Part shown: positions 12,701-25,250 of the stretch, piece by piece
Numbering within the stretch: the stretch's first letter is position 1
How the letters are laid out: every line of letters starts with the position of its first letter
Source: Torpedo marmorata
Lineage: Eukaryota
NCBI GenBank assembly: GCA_977017645.1
Contig: OZ360246.1
Coordinates: forward strand, 14,446,001-14,510,000
Reading direction: 5' to 3'
DNA: 64,000 bases
Notes under the pieces: model-generated
Databases searched by the model: none
What the model was told of the DNA's origin: nothing
The model's input: the letters and a program-made list of their open reading frames with translations, nothing else
Translations under genes and position numbers: made by a program

Positions 12701-14340
12701 TACTTGACAACAGAATTCTGGTGTAAATGAGTGAAACCATCCCTTCTCTTCCCAACTCTGCTGTCTTTTGATATGGCAGTGTCACTTATTAGTTAATTCA
12801 ATTAAAAATTAGTTTGTGATATTAATAAGATTGCTATTTAGTTCCATTTTCAAAGGAACATTTATCAGCAGCAAATGAGAATGTCAATCCCATCTACTGT
12901 TTGGCTCCTTGTCTGGGACTGGGTTTGGCAACAGGAATCAGTGTGGAAAAAATGTGAAGCAATTAGCCACTTGGCTGAACTCTTCATAAATCCATGAGCA
13001 TTAGGCATCCATCCTTGAAATGGTGGTGTTTTGGAAACAGGCACCTTGACCCCATCAGACAGCATTAAAGCTGGACTTTCTGCCATGCTCAGTGATACCG
13101 ATAACTGTCTTAACTTGCCTTGTCATTAAATTTGGGGTTTCAGTGCATTAAGCTTGTCCTTGCTGACCTACTCTGGCTGGCTACCAGCGAATGCATCAAA
13201 CTTAGAGTCCTCTTTAAATCCTCAACCCGCCCCTTTCCTCTGACTGTACTATCTTGTGCAAAGCCATCTCTCTTCCCCACTATTGAGATGTGTGCCTTGA
13301 GATGCTGGGATTGATTCTAAAACCTCCCTCTGCCCTCCACTTTCTCACCATCCTTCTTTCATCTCTAAATTCTGATCCTAATCACTCTATCGAATAAGGA
13401 TACATGCACAAACATGCAGTCATATCCCAGCGAGACAGAGAGAACCATGACTACACCCCCAGCTGCTACTCCTGTTTGTTTAGGACAGATCTTCACCACA
13501 AGTCCTAACTGGGCCATTTCAGGACTCAATAATAATTTCCACAACTGAAGCAATGTAGGAATGGAATTTGTTTTGAAGCACTTTGGTTATAATCTATAGC
13601 GGTTTTAGGAACAAAGAGAAGCTGAATCACTCAGCTTCCATGCAGTGTTTGAAATCACCCATTGACATGAATTATACCAGCACTGCGGTCCTCTCCACAG
13701 CTAGACAGTAAAGAAGGTTATCTGAGAGCACAACATGATGTAGATCAATTAGGAAAGAGGGCCAAGGAATGGCAGATGGAATTTAACAGGGACAAGTGCA
13801 AGGTGTTGATAAGTCATACCAGGGCAGGACTCGCATCGTGGGGCGAAGGCCCTGTACTGTGCCGTAATGTTCTATGTTCTAGTACATTGTAGGGCTCTGG
13901 AGACAGGTAGACATTGTGATGAAGGTGGCTTTTGGCACACTTGGCTTCATCAGTGTGGACAATGAGTACAAGAGTTGGAACATCATGTTACAACTGTTCT
14001 TCCAATTTAATGTCACACCTTCAGTGACTCACAGAATCAAAGAAATATACAGCACAGAAACAGATAATCTCATCCATCATGCATTTCTGTGTTAATCCTG
14101 TGTGCCTGCATCAGACCTGTACCCCTCTACTCCTTTCATATCCAAGTTCCTATCCAAATGCTTTTCAAATGTTCTGCCTCCACGACCTCTGGCAGCTCAT
14201 TCCAAATGTATTCACCACCCACTCGGTTAAAAATTTACCCCTCAAATCTCTCTTAAATTTCTCATTTTTTACCTTAAACCTATGCCCTCTAGTTCTAGAT
14301 TGCCATGTGTGGGAAAACAGATCATGACTATCCTGACTAG

Positions 14341-14560
14341 GGGTGGCACGGTTAGCGTAGCAGTTAGCACAATGCTATTACAGCACCAGCGACCCAGCGC
14401 TGTCTGTAAGGAGTTTTGTATGTTCTCCCCGTGTCCGTATGGGTTTCTACTGGATGCTTTGGTTTCCTCCCATACTCAAAAGACATCCAGGGTTAGTAGG
14501 TCAATTGATCACATGGGTGTATTTGGGATGGGCCTGTTACTGTGCTGTATCTCTAAATTT
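14341..14560 (+). mobile_element. tRNA-derived V-SINE (HE1-like)
   Basis: Same head and V-domain as the other copies. Confidence 0.8.
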
Positions 14561-14950
14561 TTAAAAATTGTAAAATCTATTCTCTGTGACCCTCATAATT
14601 TTGTTAACCTCTATTAGGTCACCCTAAGTCTTCTACTTTCCAGCCTATCTAATCTCTCCTTATAAATGAAGCCCTCTGTAGTGAGGTGACCAGAACCATG
14701 CACAATACTCTTGTAAGGTCTAACCAAGGTTTTGCACAACTGCAACACGATGTCCTAACTCGTACACTTCAGTCCTTGGACTACCACTGCACAAGATACC
14801 TCCATTCAATTTGCAAGGGCCACCCTGTCACTTTAATTTGGCACACCACTCTCTTTCGACATCGTTGTCTGGAGCCTCCCACATTGTTCAAATGAGATCC
14901 AAGATAAACTGAAGGAATGTCACTTCATCTTCCAACGAGGCATGTTACTA

Positions 14951-15156
14951 AAGTAAAACACGAAAATCTGTAGACACTGTGGTTGAAGTAAAAAACACAA
15001 ATGCTGGAGAAACTCAGCAGGTCAAACAGTGTCTTTTATGTAGCAAAGGTAGAAATACATAACCGACGTTTCGGGCTTGACTGCTACGCTAACCGTGCTA
15101 CATAAAAGACACTGTTTGACCTGCTGAGTTTCTCCAGCATTTGTGTTTTTTACTTT
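14951..15156. mobile_element. Penelope pseudo-LTR mini-element (palindromic) with 13-bp TSD
   Basis: Inverted arms match 40317-40457; AGGCATGTTACTA at 14938-14950 and 15157-15169. Confidence 0.75.
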
Positions 15157-15780
15157 AGGCATGTTACTATCCTTTGGGCTTATACTTAGTTTAATGATTT
15201 CAGTGAAAGTCCCTTTTTTCTCATAGATATGGTTGTATAATTGTTTCAATTTGTCTCCATGGTTTTATTCTAAATGCCAGTTTATAAAGTGTGGATGGAG
15301 GTTTGGAATCGGAACACCAATAACATGTTTAACAGGAAGGGACAAAGTGTAGCAGAGGGCAGTCAAGGTACAAGAGACCAGGCAGTGCACTTGGATGATC
15401 CAGCACAATGAATTGGAAAGCAGTTGCCTCAGCAAGAGCCCCTGATCCAGGCTGTTTGGCTGCACCATCCACGTGACTCCTGTCATTCAGCTGTCAGTGA
15501 GTCTGCAACAATACCAATCCCATCTTAAAGCCCCAATGTCTCCCATTTAGCAGCACTAATTCATCCTTCTGCTCTCCTGTCTCTGTTCCGAAAGACCCAT
15601 TCTGTTAGCTTCAGTTTTTATTGTTAAAATAACTGACCTATTGTATTTTCAGTGGGTGTGAATGACACTTACTGTGTGTTTGGAGGGAATCAGGCACCAG
15701 CTGAGCCAGCAATTCTATTAGGGGCATATCCCCTGCTTAGTTCTGGTTTTAAGCACAACAATTGCAAAGTTAGAACCAGC

Positions 15781-16020
15781 AATTTTTTTTTAGACATACA
15801 GCATGGTAACAGGCCCTTCCGCCCACGAGTCCGTGCCGCCCAATTACATCCAATTAACCTACAACCCCGGTACGTTTTGAAGGGTGGGTGGAAACCGAAG
15901 AACCCGGAGGAAACCCACGCAGACACAGGGAGAACGTACGTGATTTTAAATTTTCCTTACAGACAGCGCCGGATTCGAACCCGGGCGACTGGCGCTGTAA
16001 CAACATTGCGCTAACTGCTA
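15781..16020 (-). mobile_element. tRNA-derived V-SINE (HE1-like)
   Basis: Reverse complement of the V-SINE seen at 47025 and 57469. Confidence 0.8.
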
Positions 16021-16855
16021 ATTAGACAATGTCTACCACAAACTCAAGAAATCCCAAAGCAATTTATTGTCAATTAATTAGTTTTTTTGAAGTATAATGT
16101 GAAAATCAAGGCTGTCAATTTCAGTGAAACAAAATCCCAGAGCAATGTAATAAATAGTTGGATGGCCTATTTTTATTCAAATGTGAAGTATTAAGATTGG
16201 AGAGAATAGGTCCTTGTTGTATTTCAAAGGATTGCCAAGACACCCGAAGTGTATGGCCAAAGCAGACACTCCATAGAAGATCCCTGTGACAGCAGCTCTC
16301 AACTGAATACGAATGTTCAAACCCAGTGCCTTCCTTGTGATGTATTAGATAATGGAAGTAACAGAACTCCTGACTCACTCCAAAGCAAATGAGATAAAGA
16401 GTTAGTGAAATAGAATTATTTATTATGAAGACCCTTTTCACCAAAGCAAATAGTGGCACCCAGCCACAAAATAAGATATTCAGGCAGGTGACCAAAACCT
16501 TTCTTCAAGAGGTGGGTTTTAAAAGGCCTCTTTAAGAGATTGGTAGAGAGGTTTAGACAGAGAAGTTAGCGACCTTGGCAATGAAGGCATAGCCACCAAT
16601 TTCTGACCACTTAAATTCAGGGATTTGCAAGAGGACAAATTAGAGGGGCATGGATATCATGGAAACGAAAGAAATGGTTATCACAAATGCTAATTTGCTG
16701 TCACGGTGTGTTTAAACATTTATCTCCAGCACATTAAAGTATTATTCCTTAAACGGTAAAGTGCATTCAAACACAATGAACTTGAAGTAAAAGGTACTAC
16801 ATTTCACTAAATTAAAAGCTTGATTACATTCAATTTGCATAAAGTGTAAGATAGA

Positions 16856-17263
16856 AACCTACAGGGAACGCTGCCATTGGAGAGCAGCAGCAATCATCAA
16901 GGATCCACACCACCCAGTACACACTCTGTTTTCGCTGCTACCATCAGGAAAGAGGTATAGGTGCCACAAGACTCGCACCACCAGGTTCAGGAACAGCTGT
17001 TACCCCTCCACCATCAGACTCCTCAACAACAAACTCAATCAGGGACTCATTTAAGGACTTTCTTTGCACTATATTATTTTTTTATTCTCTCTGTATTGCA
17101 CAGTTAGTTTACATTTCCTTATTTGTGTACATGTGTACGATGTGTACAGTTTATTTTTGCACTACCAATAAGTGGTCATTCTGACTCGCCTGCAGGAAAA
17201 AGAATCTCAGGGTTGTATGTGATGTCATGTGTGTACTCTGACAATAAATCTGAAATCTGAAAA
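16856..17263 (+). mobile_element. Rex1/Babar-like LINE 3' end
   Basis: YRERC..AAAIIKDPHHP.H.LFSLLPSGKRYR..TTRFRNS coding remnant, 3' UTR ending TGACAATAAA(TCTGAAA)n. Confidence 0.8.
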
Positions 17264-17422
17264 GTCTTATTTTTGGATAGTATGGTTGTTCGCAGATCAC
17301 ACACTTATTTGCAGTTAAACCTCCCTTCCCTCCATCTATTATCACTGTCCAATGCTATGCATTTCATCCAGTGATAAGAAGCCACAGTGACAGCAACAAA
17401 GGAAGATATCAGACTACAAAAT

Positions 17423-17648
17423 AGGTTAGCACAACACTATTACAGCACCAGCGAACTGGGTTTGAATCCAGCGCTGTCTGTAAGGAGTTTGTACGTTTTC
17501 CCCGTGATCGCGTGGGTTTCCTCCGGGTGCTTCGGTTTTTTTCCCACCCTCCAAGTAAATACGGGGTTTGTAGGTTAATTGGGGTATTTGGGCGGCATGG
17601 GCTCGTGGGCCAGAAGGGCCTGTTACTGTGCTGTATGTCTAAGTTTAA
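17423..17648 (+). mobile_element. tRNA-derived V-SINE (HE1-like)
   Basis: V-domain and CR1-like tail GGGCCTGTTACTGTGCTGTATGTCT. Confidence 0.8.
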
Positions 17649-17869
17649 AAAAATAATAATATATGCCTTTCGTGAAGCTTCAAGTTTAGTTCTCACTGGA
17701 AGTGGCAATCCAATGCTGCCATCCTCCATTTTATCAGGGAGTACTGACAGAATGCAGAGATCATCATGTATAAACTCACCATACCCTCATCCCCAAACTG
17801 TCACCAACACTCTGGCCCTACCCTTGTATCACATACAGTTATAACATTAACCATTGGACTGGTCACCCA

Positions 17870-18390
17870 GATCTCAAGTGCCGTGATCAATTCAAAGCAC
17901 CACACTTTAGAAAGAATGTGAAGGCATTATCAGAGGATGCAGAAAAGTCTTATTGGAACAATTCCAAGGATAAGGGCTTTCAGTTGGATGGATGACACGG
18001 AGAAGATGGTCTCAGTTTACTTCAAGGTGGTAAGATGGAGAGGAAATTTGACAGTATTCAAATGATGAAGGGTCCAGACAGAATAAATAATGAGAAACAG
18101 TTGCTATTAGAGAAAGAGTCCAGAGCCAAAGGATACACATTTAAGGTGACTATAGAAAGATCAAAGATGACTTGAGGAAAATTTTTATGCAGTGAGTAAA
18201 TTCAGAACTCTGGAATGCGTTGTTGGAATAGGTGGTAGAAGATGAAACAGTCCTAGATTTTAAAAAGCAATTGAAAGGATCTTGAAAGAAAGAAGATTGC
18301 AGTGTTTGGGGAAAGAAAATGGTTCTCACAGATTGGTCTTATGAAATGCCAGCATTGATTACATGGCCCAAACAGTTTCCTCTAGCACTG
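17870..18390 (+). mobile_element. Degenerate CR1 LINE 3' fragment
   Basis: CR1 ORF2 C-terminal remnants (PHFRK.V.AL.R.Q.., NFFMQ.V..LWNAL). Confidence 0.55.
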
Positions 18391-18726
18391 CAACAATGTC
18401 TTTTTGGTTTTAGCCTAGAAGTAGCCAGCTTTGTTGAATTATGTCTCCAAGGTGATGGTTGGAACTTACTTCTAGGCTAAAACCAAAAAGACATTGTTGG
18501 AGAAGCTGCCTACATAGAGAGCTTATCTTGACCTGAAACGCTCCAAAGCATTTACGTTCAATGAAATAATTTTCAAATAATGAAGGGAAAAAATTAAAGG
18601 GCAAGCACTCAGCAAGCTCCCTTATAACAGTACAGATAACCTGCTTTAAATGACTTTAGCTGATGGGCAAATAATGGCCAAGGCAGCAAGAGGACTTTCT
18701 ATACTTCTTTGAAAGAATGTGAATCT

Positions 18727-18869
18727 TTCTCTGACTGTAAGGAATGTTAGAGGCGCTTAGGCAATTTCTGCCGGTGGCGAATCTGTCTGCCTTGCAGCAG
18801 GCAAAAAGAAATTTCATGGAATATGACACTGTCTTATTACTATGACAATAAATTGAATCTTGAATCTTG
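18727..18869 (+). mobile_element. 3' tail of the non-autonomous retroposon family of 26832-27365
   Basis: Near-identical to the reverse complement of 26832-26975; ends TGACAATAAATTGAATCTTGAATCTTG. Confidence 0.7.
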
Positions 18870-19307
18870 GATCTATTGCCTCCTTTTGAGAGAGCAAACG
18901 TGGCCTTGATTTAACATCTCAGCCGAACGACAATCCCCAGCTGTGCAGGGTTATCTCATTTTAATCTACAAAGGAGATCTAAATGGTGTCGAGCTCAGAA
19001 ATGTTGGTGTACACCAACAAGGAAAAGAGGCAGAGATTTTCAAGTTACAACTGAAGCTTTTAGAGAAACCTTGCTACGCGTTCTGAATTTGCTAATAGAA
19101 TAAATGCGAAAAATTTCAGGATGCACCAACTATCAACAGAACTCCAAAGGAGAACCATTATTATGAACGTAGTCTGGATCTACATTCAAGTGAGCTACTC
19201 TGGAATATTATGACTATTTTTGAATATACCATTGAGTATTAGAGCTGGGATGTCATTTTGCAGCTGTACAAAATATTGGTCAGGGTGTACACAGAGTATT
19301 GTGTATA

Positions 19308-20648
19308 CCGTATATTTCGGCGTATAAGTCGACCCTTGAAACCCTCAAAAATGTCTCAAAAAACGGGGGTCGACTTATACGCCAGATATACTTTTGAGAC
19401 CTTAAAATCAGCTCAAAATCGAGTTCACGCCGATTCGGCGTATAAGTCGACCCCTGAAAACACGATTCGGCGTATAAGTCGACCCCTGAAAACACGATTC
19501 GGCGTATAAGTCGACCCCTGAAAACACAATTCGCCGTATAGGTCAACCCTAGAAGCGCCTCCTCACCGCCGGCGCCGCCGCTCCCCGACACCTCCCCACC
19601 GCCGGGCGCCGCCATAAACCACCCAGACATTCTACAATTGTAGAGCCCGAGGTCCCCGCTCCTACCCGGGAGAACGAGCTCCCCGCTCCTGCTCGGGAGA
19701 AAGACGTCCCCGCACCTGCTCGGGAGAACGAGCTCCCCGCTACTACCCGGGAGAACGACGTCCCCGCTCCTGCCCGGGAGAACGAGCTCCCCGCTACTAC
19801 CTGGGAGAAAGACGTCCCCGCTCCTGCTCGGGAGAAAGACGTCCCCGCTCCTGCTCGGGAGAACAAGCTCCCCGCTCCTGCTCGGGAGAACGAGCTCCCC
19901 GCTCCTGCTCGGGAGAAAGACGTCCCCGCTCCTGCTCGGGAGAACGAGCTCCCCGCTCCTGCTCGGGAGAAAGACGTCCCCGCTCCTGCTCGGGAGAACG
20001 AGCTCCCCGCTCCTGCTCGGGAGAACGAGCTCCTGCTCGGGAGAAAGTCGTCCCCGCTCCTGCTCGGGAGAAAGACGTCCCCGCTCCAGCTCGGGAGAAC
20101 GAGCTCCCCGCTCCTGCTCGGGAGAAAGACGTCGCCGCTCCTGCTCGGGAGAACGAGCTCCCCGCTCCTGCTCGGGAGAACGAGCTCCCCGCTCCTGCTC
20201 GGGAGAACGAGCTCCCCGCTCCTGCTCGGGAGAATGAGCTCCCCGCTCCTGCTCGGGAGAATGAGCTCCCCGCTCCTGCTCGGGAGAACGAGCTCCCCGC
20301 TCCTACCTGGGAGAACGAGCTCCCCGCTCCTGCTCAGGAGAAAGACGTCGCCGCACCTGCATCTCCCCGGCCAGAAGCAAAGGTTTTTTTTACTTACCGG
20401 TACTTGCTTAATTTACAGCTTTGTTACTTGCCGATTGGGATGTTGTAACAAATTTTGGGTTGTTGCTGGGAGGCCCAGACAGCCTGAAATTGGGGGTCGA
20501 CTTATACGCCGGTCAATGCGCAACATCTCAGGCATCGCGATTTTTGGGGGTCGACTTATACGCCAGATATACCATAAAACCATTAAAATGAGGCTGAAAA
20601 AGGGGGGTCGACTTATCTGCCGGTCGACTTATACGCCGAAATATACGG
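19308..20648 (-). mobile_element. Non-autonomous pogo/Passer-type DNA transposon (ends match 47560-49480)
   Basis: TIR CCGTATATTTCGGCGTATAAGTCGAC at both ends, TA TSD, repeated subterminal CGTATAAGTCGAC motifs; interrupts a CR1 remnant (GAGTATTGTGTA|..|GTTCTGGTCGCCACAC). Confidence 0.9.
19650..20352. repeat. 27-bp GC-rich minisatellite (GAGCTCCCCGCTCCTGCTCGGGAGAAC and variants), about 26 copies
   Basis: Direct tandem repeat visible in the sequence. Confidence 0.95.
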
Positions 20649-20859
20649 TAGTTCTGGTCGCCACACTACATGAAAGATGGGGTGGCAATAGAAAGTGTGT
20701 GGAAATGATTCATGAGGATGTTGGTGACACAAAAGACTGCAAATGCTGCAATCTGGAGCAAAAGACAAACTGCTGGATGATCAGGCTGCATCTGTGAAGG
20801 TAAATGGACAGTCATCTTCTTGGGTCAAGACCCTTCATCTGGACTGTTTGCTTATTGGC

Positions 20860-21283
20860 AGGTTGTTGCCTGGAATGGAGAGTTTTACTTGTAAGGAGAG
20901 ATTGGATAGGCCAAGCTTATTCTCACTGGAACATGGGCAGCTGAGGGATGATCGTACAGAGGTTTATAAAATTATGAGGTGTAGAAAGTCAGAGTCTTTT
21001 TTCCAGGGCAGGAGAGTCAGCAACAAAAGAAGATCAGTTTTAAGATGAAAAGGGAAAATTTTAAAGGAGATCTGAGGGATAAGATGTTCACTGTGGATAT
21101 ATGGAATGAATGACCAGAGGAAGTGGTCCAGGCAGATACAATTATAGTTTTAAACGGCATTTGGACAAGCCCTTGGATATAAAAGGAATACAGGCAGGCA
21201 AATGGGATTAGGGTAGAGAGGCATCACAGTAGATAACGATGAGTTGGGCTGATTGACCCATTTCTGTGCTGTATAACTCTAAC
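20860..21283 (+). mobile_element. CR1 (HER1-like) LINE 3' end
   Basis: LPGMESF..KERLDR.SLFSLE..LRDD..EVYKIMR remnant and tail TTCTGTGCTGTATAACTCTAACT. Confidence 0.7.
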
Positions 21284-21360
21284 TGTAACTGGGTTGTTTG
21301 AAACAACATCCAGTGGTGAGTAACTACATGCCCTGTGTTTAGTTCTATTTTCCTTGAGAA

Positions 21361-21595
21361 TGTGGTAAACCACTGTGTATAGGTTGTGGGCTGGGTGATA
21401 TGTCTGGACATGTCCTCCGCTGACTGTTCCTGTGGCTCCTCCCACAGACCCCCTGAATAAAGGCGATTGTGCCACTACTCCTCCCCCAGTTCGGGACAGA
21501 TTACCAGCATGGATGTGACTCCATCCTTTTGCTAATAAAAGCCTTTCAGTTCAAGTACAACTTCTAGTCTTTTGAAGTTATTGATGGGCTCATCA
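21361..21595 (+). mobile_element. 5' LTR of a Ty3/Gypsy element
   Basis: TG...CA termini, TATA-like GAATAAAGG near 21455, AATAAA at 21534; gag ATG about 24 nt downstream. Confidence 0.7.
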
Positions 21596-21618
21596 ATTTT
21601 ATTAGCAAAATTTTAAGC

Positions 21619-22368
21619 ATGGAAAATGTCTTGAGACCCGACAAGCTGGACCTCGATCCGCAAACACCAGAGGCCGGCAATGCTTTCGAACTCTGGCTAG
21701 CCTGCTTTGAGTCGTTCCTGGAGAAAATCAAGGTGCACGAAGAAGCTTCAAAATGCAAAGTCCTCCTCTCTAGGGTCAGCCCACGGGTCTACTCGATGAT
21801 CCGAGACCTGCAGACCTACGAAGACGCGATAAACGCTCTTAAAAGACAATATATACGGCCAGTTAATACTGTATACGCGTGACACCGGTTAGCGACGCGG
21901 CAGCAGCGGCCCGGTGAGTCGAGCGCGGAGTTCGTCCAGGCCCTACAGACGCTCGTGCGGGCCTGCGATTGCCAGGGACTGACACCTGGAGAACACGCGG
22001 AGCTCCTGGTAAGAGATGCATTCATCACTGGAACCAGGTCGGTGTATGTGCGCCAGCGCCTGCTGGAACAAGCCGACCTCACCTTACGTTCGGCGATAGA
22101 GCTGGCCGATACGCTGGAAGCCGCGTTGCAGAACTCTGACGCTATCCGGGCGCACGATCTCCCGCCGGCTTCGTGGATCCCGCAGACCCCGCACTACACC
22201 AGTGAATCGACCACAGCTGCCGTCAGTCGCGAGTCCGAGAAGTGCTACTTCTGCAGACTCAAAAAGCACCCCCGGAAATGTTGCCCAGCCCGAGAAGCGA
22301 CCTGCACCAGCTGCGGGAAGAAAGGCCATTTCGCCAAGATCTGTAAGTCTAAACCGCGAGTGGGATAG
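21619..22368 (+). pseudogene. gag: Gypsy gag with two CCHC zinc knuckles, one internal stop
   Basis: CYFCRLKKHPRKCC and CTSCGKKGHFAKIC; in-frame TGA at 21880-21882. Confidence 0.85.
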
Positions 22369-22619
22369 AGCAGTGCCACATGCAAAGCATGCGGGTTGCC
22401 ATTGTTGCCGTCGCCATCATGCCCGATCGCTGCCACCATGTGTGAGACATGGGGCGGCCATCTTGTTCATCGTCACTTCCATCGCCGCCATCTTACATAC
22501 CCGCGGCCAACACGTGCGAGTCATGGGAGCGGTCATTTTGTTCGCCGCCATCGCGCCGACACGACCCACGGGTGCCGCCATCCCGGAACACCTGGCACTC
22601 CATCGCATCGGATCAAGAC

Positions 22620-25250
22620 AGCGACTCAACTTTGGCATCCGTTACCCTCGACCAAAGTGCACCCCACCAACTCGCGAGGTCTATGATGGACATTCTGGTG
22701 GAAGGACACAGGACAAGCTGCCTTTTCGACACGGGCAGCACGGAGAGCTTCATCCACCCAGACACGGTGCAGCGTTGCGGACTCACAACACAGCCGGTAA
22801 GCCAGAGGGTCGTCATGGCTTCTGGGTCCACACAACAGACATCCGGGGGGGTTGTGTAGTGACGCTAGTGGTGCAGGACACTGAATATCGGGACTTTACA
22901 CTATTGGTCATGCCCCGACTGTGTGCCCCTGTACTACTGGGGCTCGACTTCCAGAGCCACCTTCAAAGTGTGATGATGGAGTATGATGGGCCCCTCCCAC
23001 CAATCAATGTCGGTAACCATCAATTCCTCAAACATGGTAGACGTATCCCGCCACACCACATGCGCAGCCGCATCACAGACACTACTTGCGGCCTATCCAC
23101 CCTCAAGATCCATCCCCCAACGCTGTTCGCCAATCTGACCCCTGACTGTAAACCTGTGGCAACCAAAAGCAGGAGATACAGTGCAGGGGACAGGGCCTTC
23201 ATTAAGTCAGAGGTGCAGCGGTTGTTCAGGGAAGGGATCATTGAGGCGAGCACAAGTCCCTGGAGGGCCCAGGTGGTTGTCGTCAAGAACGGGGAGAAAA
23301 ATAGGATGGTGGTAGATTATAGTCAGACCGTCAATAGGTTCACGCAGCTCGACGTGTACCCTCTACCACGCATTGCGGATATGGTGAATCAGATAGCTCA
23401 GTACAAGCTATACTCCACTATAGACCTCAAATCTGCCTACCATCAGCTCCCCATCCTCTGGGAGGACCGCCCTTACACCACCTTCGAGGCGGACGGCAGG
23501 CTCTATCACTTCCTGCGCGTCCCCTTCGGGGTCACAAATGTGGTATCCGTCTTCCAGAGGGAGATGAACAGGATGGTGGACCAGTGCCAATTAAAGGCCA
23601 CGTTCCCATACCTGGACAATATTACTATCTGTGGTCACAACCGGCAGGACCATGATAACAATCTCCGGAAGTTCCTCCAGGCGGCCAAAATATTTAACCT
23701 CACTTATAACAAGGATAAGTGCGTGTTCGGAACCACCCGACTCGCTATCCTGGGGTGCGTTGTGGAGAACGGTGTCATCGGCCCCGACCCCAACTGCATG
23801 CTCCTCCTGCTGGAACTACCGCTCCCCCACATCCTCAGAGCCCTCAAAAGGTGCTCGGGCTTCTTCTCATATTATGTCCAATGGGTCCCTAATTATGCAG
23901 ACAAGGCCCACCCCCTAGTCAAGTCCACCACTTTTCCTCTCTCAGCTGAGGCACGCGCGGCCTTCAGCCTCATCAAAGAGGACATTGCCAAAGCAGCAAT
24001 GCACACAGTGGATGAGTCCACTCCCTTTCAAGTAGAGAGCGATGCGTCCGACTTCGCACTGGCTGCTACCCTCAACCAGGCGGGAAGACCGGTGGCGTTC
24101 TTCTCCCGTACCCTTCAAGGCCCAGAAATTCAGCACTGAGCGGTGGAGAAAGAGGCCCAAGCCATAGTGGAAGCTATCAGGCACTGGAGGCACTATCTTG
24201 CCGGAAAAAGGTTTACCCTGCTGACTGACCAGCGCTCAGTCGCATTTATGTTCAGCAATCAGCAGCGGGGCAAAATCAAAAACGATAAAATCCTGAGGTG
24301 GAGAATCAAACTCTCCACCTACAACTATGATATCATGTACCGGCCCGGGAAGTTCAACGAGTCCTCCGATGCCCTATCCCGGGGGACGTGCGCCAGCGCG
24401 CAGATCGACTGGTTATATGCCCTCCACTGCGACCTTTGCCACCCGGCTTTTCCACTTTGTGAAAGCTCGAAACCTGCCGTACTCCCTTGAAGAGGTCAGG
24501 ACGATGACCGGGAACTGCCAAGTCTGCCCGGAGTGCAAAACGCACTTCTACCGACCTGACAAGGCGCAGTTGATCAAAGCAACTCGCCCATTTGAGCGAC
24601 TGAGCGTCGACTTTAAGGGCCCCCTTCGCTCCACCGACCGCAATGTGTACTTTCTTAACATCATTGACGAGTACTCGCGGTTCCCTTTTGCCATTCCCTG
24701 CCCTAATACCATGACCACCTTGGTCATAAAAGCCCTACGCAAACTCTTCACATTGTTTGGATACCCCTGCTATATCCATAGTGACCGAGGGTACTCGTTT
24801 ATGAGCGACGAGCTGCGCCAATACCTGCTGGCCAGGGGTATCGTGACTAGCAGGACCACGAGCTATAACTCCCGGGGGAATGGACAAGTGGAGAGGGAGA
24901 ACGCCACGGTCTGGAAGGCCACACTCTTAGCCCTCAGGTCTAAGGGATTACCAGTCTCCCGCTGGCAGGAAGTCCTTCCCGAGGCACTCCACTCCATCCG
25001 CTCCCTGCTATGCACATCCACCAATGCCACCCCTCTTGAGAGACTCTTTTCCTTCCCCAGGAAGTCGATCACTGGGACTACCCTACCAGCATAGCTGACG
25101 TCCTCAGGGTCAGTGCTGCTCCGGAAACGTGAGGAGCAATAAATACGCCCCAATGGTCGAGAGGGTTCACCTACTACATGGGAACCCCCAGTACGCCTAT
25201 GTGGTTTTTCCTGATGGGCGGGAAGACATGGTCTCCATCCGGGACCTGGT
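22620..25250 (+). pseudogene. pol: Gypsy pol (PR-RT-RNaseH-IN), frameshifted, 3'-truncated, no 3' LTR
   Basis: LFDTGSTESF protease; RT SPWRAQVVVV..IDLKSAYHQ..PFG..YLDN; RNaseH ESDASDFAL; integrase SVDFKGP..HSDRG..NGQVEREN. Confidence 0.92.

Noticed and set aside
19650-20352. Repetitive ORFs (SSPLLLGRT)n / (SFSRAGAGT)n
   Set aside because: Translation artefacts of a 27-bp minisatellite.
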